This document shows positions 47,354 to 48,661 of a stretch of DNA of 48,661 nucleotides, piece after piece. Position numbers and translations under genes: made by a program. The notes under the pieces are model-generated. The model saw only the letters and a list, made by a program, of their open reading frames with translations. It had not been told where the DNA came from and searched no databases. Source of the stretch: Octopus bimaculoides (Eukaryota); the NCBI RefSeq assembly GCF_001194135.2, contig NC_068983.1, positions 39,695,949-39,744,609 of the forward strand. The letters are read 5' to 3'. Every line of letters starts with the position of its first letter. Position 1 is the stretch's first letter.

Positions 47354-48099
47354 TCTAGGTTTAGTAACGCTACAGAATAGATGTATCTCTCAAGTCTGAC
47401 ATGTCTTTGTTCTTCATAGGTCTGTTCAATGATGGCAGCCCTGGGACTAAACAGCGTCGGCAACAACTTACAAAAGCTCACAATAACAGAAATGACACAA
47501 AACTCATGTTCCAACTTTATGTCTATAATCACTCATCGATAGTATTGCTAATTTAAAATAACCAATTAGAAGAGACGGCCATGTAATGACTAATTACATG
47601 ACTAATTGTATTTTACAAGTGTATGGAATAATATGTATGAATATAATTATTTCTACATTAAATTTCACGAAAGTAAATGAGTAATTCTTGGTAAATAGAA
47701 ATAATTATTAAGAATTAACAATAAAAATTAGTTTAAATTAATGATTGGCAAAAACGGATTTTAACTAAATTTTTAACTAAATATTTTCTTCATAACTTCA
47801 CAAAGCAAACTTTGCACTAATTAACAAGTAATTAACCTTGATAAGATACTAACATTTGCATTTAGTAATTCTATTTAGGTAGAAACGAACAAAACCAAAA
47901 ACTAAAATTTTCTGTTTGTAACAAATCAAAACGTCAACACACTACAGAAATAATTAAACTAAATATTAATTAATAAAGATAAGAAATTAGCATTATATTA
48001 TCCAATGCCTCATTTTGGCAAGCAGACAGGAAGAACATTAGAAACAACAGCAAGAAAACGTAACAAAAATGTAATTTTCTGCTTATAAAGCGCGCTCAC

Positions 48100-48114
48100 G
48101 CGCACACACACACA

Positions 48115-48169
<55 letters not shown>

Positions 48170-48420
48170 NNNNNNNNNNCATTCACTCACACACACACGC
48201 ACTCACACATACACACACGCACACACACGCACTCACACTTACACACACGCACACACACATACACACAGGCGCGCACACACATAAACACACGCATGCACAT
48301 CTCACACATACACACACACATAAACACAGACGCACGCACACTCATACACACACGCACATACAAACACAGAGACACACGTACACTCACATACACATACATA
48401 CACACTCACACACATAGACA
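48100..48420. repeat. (CA)n-rich tract with a 10-N gap
   Basis: Directly visible. Confidence 0.92.
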
Positions 48421-48661
48421 CAAACACCCGCACAAAGAGTTAACAAACTATGGAAATAATCGCATTAAATAAAATTAATCTAACGCACCGTTAGAGAATG
48501 TGAGCGGTTCTACATCAAATTGGTTAACAAATTTTACGGTTGTTTGTTTAACCAAACAAGCATATACAAAAAGAATGCGCACTAATTACATAAGCCTATA
48601 TTCTCCTAAACTGTAGCGTACAAAAATCAACATACATGCGTATATATATATATATATATAT

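Overview
Repeat-dense eukaryotic draft-assembly DNA: about 6.2 kb in 15 N-gaps, most of them next to microsatellites. The SINE families resemble those I recall from octopus, so a coleoid cephalopod, probably Octopus, is inferred rather than proven. No complete protein-coding gene, rRNA, true tRNA or CRISPR array is visible, and most ORFs in the supplied track are artefacts of microsatellites or N-runs. Recognisable content: (1) four tRNA-headed SINE families, labelled A, B+E, C and F here, which share and swap modules; (2) five 3' fragments of R4/Dong-type non-LTR retrotransposons (restriction-like endonuclease end), each followed by (TAA)n, three of them chained at 7.2-9.3 kb, plus one RT fragment; (3) RTE, CR1-like and Tx1/L1 LINE fragments; (4) two Penelope-like GIY-YIG fragments and several degenerate hammerhead-like motifs; (5) a 177-bp mariner MITE and two Tigger-like ends; (6) a ~40-bp degenerate minisatellite and a ~320-330-bp tandem repeat. 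Several unique islands carry plus-strand splice signals and may be exons of an unidentified host gene (low confidence). The most interesting signals are the apparent use of the same (TAA/TTA)n microsatellite in opposite polarities by Dong-like LINEs and SINE A, and the twin hammerhead-like remnant at 27.3-27.5 kb. All family names come from motif recognition by eye; no database search was run.
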